The notes beneath the pieces are model-generated. The model did not search any database and was not told the origin of the DNA. It saw nothing but the letters and a program-made list of their open reading frames with translations. Shown one piece after another: positions 36,060 to 40,168 of a stretch of 40,168 nt of DNA (positions are counted from its first letter, which is position 1; each line of letters starts with the position of its first letter). The translations under genes were made by a program, and so were the position numbers. Source of the DNA: Przondovirus KP32i192; the sequence record OZ035748.1. The stretch is one strand, 5' to 3'.

Positions 36060-38393
36060 ATGGACCAAGACATTAAAACAGTCATTCAGTACCCAGTAGG
36101 GGCCACTGAGTTCGACATCCCGTTCGACTACCTGTCCCGCAAGTTTGTCCGCGTGTCGTTGGTGTCAGACGACAACCGCAGACTGCTGAGCAACATCACT
36201 GAGTACCGCTACGTGTCTAAGACCAGAGTGAAACTGCTGGTAGCAACCACTGGTTTCGACCGTGTAGAGATTCGTCGGTTCACATCTGCGTCAGAGCGAG
36301 TGGTGGACTTTAGTGACGGTTCTGTATTACGCGCCAACGACCTTAACGTCTCACAGCTGCAATCTGCACATATCGCCGAAGAAGCACGCGATGCGGCACT
36401 TCTGGCAATGCCGGAGGATGATGCTGGCAACCTAGACGCCCGTAACAGAAAGATTGTTCGACTGGCTCCCGGAGAGACTGGTACAGACGCTGTCAACAAG
36501 AATCAACTGGACACAACCTTAGGTGAGGCTGGCGGTATTCTCAGTGAAGTTAAGGACCTCCAGAAAGACATTGAGGATTACCTACAGAACTGGGGAGATG
36601 ACACCACAGCTATTCGCGGCGTTCTCTGGGTATACAACCAAGGGTCCGCAGTGGGCGGTGAGACCTCCTTCGTGATTACCAAAGAGGGGCCTGTCCTTGC
36701 GGTTCCGTACATCGAGATTAACGGCAGCCGTCAATACCGTGGGTGGCACTACGAGTATGACTTAGGGTCCAAGACAATCACGCTGGCGAAACCGCTTTCT
36801 GCTGGGGATTTGGTCGTATGCACCACCGCTGAGACTACACTGCCACTGGCGGATTCACTCGCAGGTCCGACTGGTGCTTCTCAGATTGGTACCGCCAACG
36901 GGCTGAATGTACAGATTGCACTGGACAATCTACGCTCAGGGGTTAACGTTCTGGACTTTATGACCTTTGCTGAGCGAGCCGCTGTCCTGAACTACACAGG
37001 AACCAATGACAACTCTGAGGCATTCCGAAAGGCATTCGCCACCGGGACACGCCAAATAATTGTCCCTCCGGGAAGATATCACGTAAAAGACGTTGTAATA
37101 CCCGCTAAGGTGAAACTGTTTGGTACGTACTCCTACAAGCCTTATAACGTGACAAGTGATGCATCCTTTGGTACAGACGGTACGATTATTCGTAAAGTGG
37201 CTGGCGCAGATAACATGTTTCTGTGGAATACTGCATGTGCCGCTGAGGGTGTGATGTTCGATGGTCGTGACCGCACGTCCCCAGCCATTCAGTCACAGTC
37301 TGGTGGTAAAATAACTGTAGGGTTCTTCAAGTGCGGGTTCTATCGCTTCGACCGAGTAGGTAACCGCCGGGGCGCATACATCGGGTGCTCCTTCCAGTTC
37401 TGTAACTTCAACCAGAACAACATTGGGATTTACAATACGGTAGATGGGAACCACATCGGGTGTACCATCAACGCCAACAAGTCCCACGGTGTTATGCTCG
37501 AAACAGGCGCGAACTCCAACACGTTCACTAACTGTCGAAACGAGTGGAACGAAGGTGACAACTGGAACTTCTACGGTGCTACTTCGATTCAGGTAATCAA
37601 CGAACTGTGCGACCGTGCGTTCGGCTATGGGTTCCGTATCAGCAACTCCTCGGTGACACTGATTAACGTCAACATTAGGCGTTCTGCGAGAACAGCCGCA
37701 TCGGGGGCAGCAAGCGCTCAGATTTACTTTGAGTCGTCTACCCTCAAGATGATTGGGGTGAACAGCTCCGTGGGCGGTGATGACACTGGCGGTTCTATCA
37801 CTGAGCCTTCGCCTGATTACTTCTTCAGGATGGCAGGTACCAGCGAGGGTCGCCTTGAGATTAGTGACAGTCGCCTCACAGGCTATACTGTTGGGCTAAT
37901 CTCGGGTACAGCACGTCCTTCAGTTATCCGTGTGATAAACTCTCCGGGTTGGGAGGACACGATTAACGAGGGGGTCGCTCGCATATCAGGAGGCAGGCCG
38001 TACATTGGTACAATGCCAACAGCGACTGGTCCGGCAAACGTTAGCCCAGCTGTATTGGGACTGTCCTGTGGTGGAGTAAACACCTACGATAACGACATGT
38101 TTGATATTCACCTGACTATCCGAAATACCAATAACGGAGGCCATAATGGTGCAATCCTCACTGTGTTGCTTTACCGTGAGGGCGGAGCCGCTCGTGCGAC
38201 AATCGTACGAGTAGACAGTCGGTCCAATGCCGTGGGTGAGGGAGATGTGAATAGCACCTCAGCAGACCCTCAGCAGACCTATCAAGTGTCCGTGGAGGTT
38301 ACGTCAAACGATGCGTCTACTTTCAACCTACTGGTCTCCACCAAGTCGGACAACAACGCATCCTACCGCTTCAGGGCGAAAGTTAAACCATAA
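36060..38393 (+). CDS. Tailspike / tail fiber: T7 gp17-like N-terminal anchor fused to a beta-helix (capsule depolymerase-like) domain
   Basis: First ~150 aa match T7 gp17 N-terminal domain (FDIPFDYLSRKFV...RLVDF.DGS.LRA.DLNV.Q); the rest is unrelated to T7 and has a pectate-lyase-like motif (LDFMTFAERAAVLNYTGTNDNSEAFRKAFATG...IIVPPGRYHV) and Gly/Asn/Ser/Thr-rich repeats. Confidence 0.8.
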   Translation: MDQDIKTVIQYPVGATEFDIPFDYLSRKFVRVSLVSDDNRRLLSNITEYRYVSKTRVKLLVATTGFDRVEIRRFTSASERVVDFSDGSVLRANDLNVSQLQSAHIAEEARDAALLAMPEDDAGNLDARNRKIVRLAPGETGTDAVNKNQLDTTLGEAGGILSEVKDLQKDIEDYLQNWGDDTTAIRGVLWVYNQGSAVGGETSFVITKEGPVLAVPYIEINGSRQYRGWHYEYDLGSKTITLAKPLSAGDLVVCTTAETTLPLADSLAGPTGASQIGTANGLNVQIALDNLRSGVNVLDFMTFAERAAVLNYTGTNDNSEAFRKAFATGTRQIIVPPGRYHVKDVVIPAKVKLFGTYSYKPYNVTSDASFGTDGTIIRKVAGADNMFLWNTACAAEGVMFDGRDRTSPAIQSQSGGKITVGFFKCGFYRFDRVGNRRGAYIGCSFQFCNFNQNNIGIYNTVDGNHIGCTINANKSHGVMLETGANSNTFTNCRNEWNEGDNWNFYGATSIQVINELCDRAFGYGFRISNSSVTLINVNIRRSARTAASGAASAQIYFESSTLKMIGVNSSVGGDDTGGSITEPSPDYFFRMAGTSEGRLEISDSRLTGYTVGLISGTARPSVIRVINSPGWEDTINEGVARISGGRPYIGTMPTATGPANVSPAVLGLSCGGVNTYDNDMFDIHLTIRNTNNGGHNGAILTVLLYREGGAARATIVRVDSRSNAVGEGDVNSTSADPQQTYQVSVEVTSNDASTFNLLVSTKSDNNASYRFRAKVKP

Positions 38394-38403
38394 GGAGAAC
38401 CAC

Positions 38404-39978
38404 ATGTTAGACAGACTGAATCAGCCGAAAGGCTCAACCATTGGTGTGCTCAAGGATGGGCGCACTATCCAAGAGGCTATTGATGACTTGTATGTGTTTA
38501 AGGATTCTCAAGGATTCATAAACGTGGACATGCAGACTGGTGCCACCCTTGAGGAGAAGCTGCGCAATTCTTTTACGATAGCCAATACGCTACTTGTGGG
38601 CGTACGCCTGACGGCTGGTAAGGTATACCCGCTGACTGGCACAACTCCGCTTGAGGTGAACCTAGCTAAGTTCTCGCTGTTCACTTCAGGAGGCCGTGCT
38701 ACGATTGACGCCTCAGAGTTCACTGGGCCGACTGCGTTGTGGATTCACGCCACAGGCTCCTATCCGACACCCATGTATCGAAACACGACCAACTACATGG
38801 AGTCCATCGAGCTTGTGGGTGGGCTTAAGGCTGGCGTCGACGGGTGGACTTGGGGTAACCGTGGGATGACCACCGGAACCGAGTACAACGGTCAGTGTAT
38901 AATCCGTGGGTGCAGCGTTTACAAGTTCGACAACTGCATCAAATGTACTGACTCGTCTTGGCGCTACAAGGTATCTGACTGCATGATCTCTACGGGAATC
39001 ACCTCTGTGTTCAACGCCCCTGCTGGACTGATTGACTCCGGCGAGTCCATAACCTTCAGCGACACTCAGTTCTCCGACTCGAACGGGGCTAAGTTCATCA
39101 TTGCGTGTGCAAACTTCAGTGTAGGCATGTCCGGCACAAGTGTGCTCAATACCCCGGTTGTTATCTCTGGGAATGGTGCTTCACTGCTCATCGACGGCAT
39201 GGGGAACAACGAGAACCCCGGTAAAACTTCTTGGATGCGCTACGTCGAGGTGACTGGAATCGGAGCACGCTTCATCCTACAGTCCTCAACGCTCGTGTGT
39301 AACGGCCCATCTTCTCAGACCAGACCGCTTGTGCTTGTTGGGGCGAAAGCTCGCGCAATCTTCATTGCCGTCAAGTTCCCCGGTAACCTCTATATGTTCC
39401 ATGTGAATAACCCAGAGAAGGTGCGAACATTCTGTGAAGGCGAGGGTATCGTTAAGACAATCGCGTGTACATACGACATTGAATCGGGGGCTGGTAACAT
39501 TCCAGTCCACCGCTCACTTAACCGATTCTACAATAACGGGTTCGAGCAGGACTTGGCTGGATGGGCGCTTAACGTTGGTGGCGACCCAGCACAGACGGCT
39601 ACAATCGTCACGGATGATACCAACAGCGGTGGTAAGGCGGTTAAGGTTGCCTCTCTGGATGGTAAGAGTGTGTTCCTTACCCAGAATGTCAGAGTGTCTT
39701 CTGGAGAGGAGTTTGCATCGTTCGTGGCCTACAAGGTCAATAAGGCGGCATCCGGCTCAACACCGGGTAACCTGACAGTAACCTTTAAGTCCGAGAATGG
39801 TACCACTATCGGTACAGGCTCGACGTCTAACTTCTCGAACACTGTCGGGGCGTGGCAGCAAGGTGGCCTGTTCTGCCGAGGCGTTGCCCCAGTAGGTGCT
39901 GTATCCGCTGAGATATCTCTCCGTGTTCGTGATGGTGCTGAGGTTATCCTTGATGACGTTATCGTAAACTTCTTGTAA
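38404..39978 (+). CDS. Second tailspike / receptor-binding protein lacking the gp17 anchor domain (putative second depolymerase)
   Basis: 524-aa product from ATG with taaggag RBS 10 nt after gp17 stop; no T7 counterpart; Gly/Thr/Ser/Asn/Val-rich composition suggests beta-rich fold. Confidence 0.6.
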   Translation: MLDRLNQPKGSTIGVLKDGRTIQEAIDDLYVFKDSQGFINVDMQTGATLEEKLRNSFTIANTLLVGVRLTAGKVYPLTGTTPLEVNLAKFSLFTSGGRATIDASEFTGPTALWIHATGSYPTPMYRNTTNYMESIELVGGLKAGVDGWTWGNRGMTTGTEYNGQCIIRGCSVYKFDNCIKCTDSSWRYKVSDCMISTGITSVFNAPAGLIDSGESITFSDTQFSDSNGAKFIIACANFSVGMSGTSVLNTPVVISGNGASLLIDGMGNNENPGKTSWMRYVEVTGIGARFILQSSTLVCNGPSSQTRPLVLVGAKARAIFIAVKFPGNLYMFHVNNPEKVRTFCEGEGIVKTIACTYDIESGAGNIPVHRSLNRFYNNGFEQDLAGWALNVGGDPAQTATIVTDDTNSGGKAVKVASLDGKSVFLTQNVRVSSGEEFASFVAYKVNKAASGSTPGNLTVTFKSENGTTIGTGSTSNFSNTVGAWQQGGLFCRGVAPVGAVSAEISLRVRDGAEVILDDVIVNFL

Positions 39979-39990
39979 CACGGAGGTATC

Positions 39991-40168
39991 ATGTTATCCC
40001 TAGACTTCAACAACGAAGTTATCAAGGCGGCTCCCATTGCGGGGGTCGCTGGGGCTGATGGCGTAGCGAGGCTCTTCTGGGGCCTCTCACTCAACGAGTG
40101 GTTCTACGTCGCGGCAATCGCCTACACAGTGGTTCAGATTGGTGCCAAGGTAGTCGACAAAATCATTG
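39991..40168 (+). CDS. Holin (T7 gp17.5-like), 5' part; continues at window positions 1-26
   Basis: MLSLDFNNEVIKAAPIAGVAGADGVARLFWGLSLNEWFYVAAIAYTVVQIGAKVVDKII nearly identical to recalled T7 gp17.5; ORF runs off the window end. Confidence 0.8.
   Translation, partial: MLSLDFNNEVIKAAPIAGVAGADGVARLFWGLSLNEWFYVAAIAYTVVQIGAKVVDKII

Overview
The window reads as a complete, circularly permuted genome of a strictly lytic T7-like podophage (Autographiviridae), not a host accessory region. All genes are on the + strand in canonical T7 order: terminase genes 18/18.5/18.7/19, the genome-end and terminal-repeat region, then early genes (0.3 to 1.3), DNA metabolism (2 to 6), structural genes (8 to 17) and the holin (17.5), which runs off the 3' end of the window and finishes at bases 1-26. 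Protein identities come from comparing the supplied ORF translations with T7/T3 protein sequences as I recall them; no database search was run. Thirteen copies of a 23-bp phage RNA polymerase promoter (consensus AATTAGG[G/A]C[A/C]CACTATAGGGAGA) match what I recall as the Klebsiella phage K11-type promoter, so this is most likely a K11/KP32-like Klebsiella phage (inference). I see no rRNA, CRISPR array, integrase or transposase, and no complete tRNA. The backbone is a well-described phage family, so I found no clearly undescribed system. The most interesting points are the dual tailspike (capsule depolymerase-like) locus, an uncharacterised 186-aa membrane/coiled-coil early gene inserted in the origin region, a T3-type SAM-degrading gene 0.3, a conserved -1 frameshift site in the capsid gene, and a family of RNase III-type processing hairpins.
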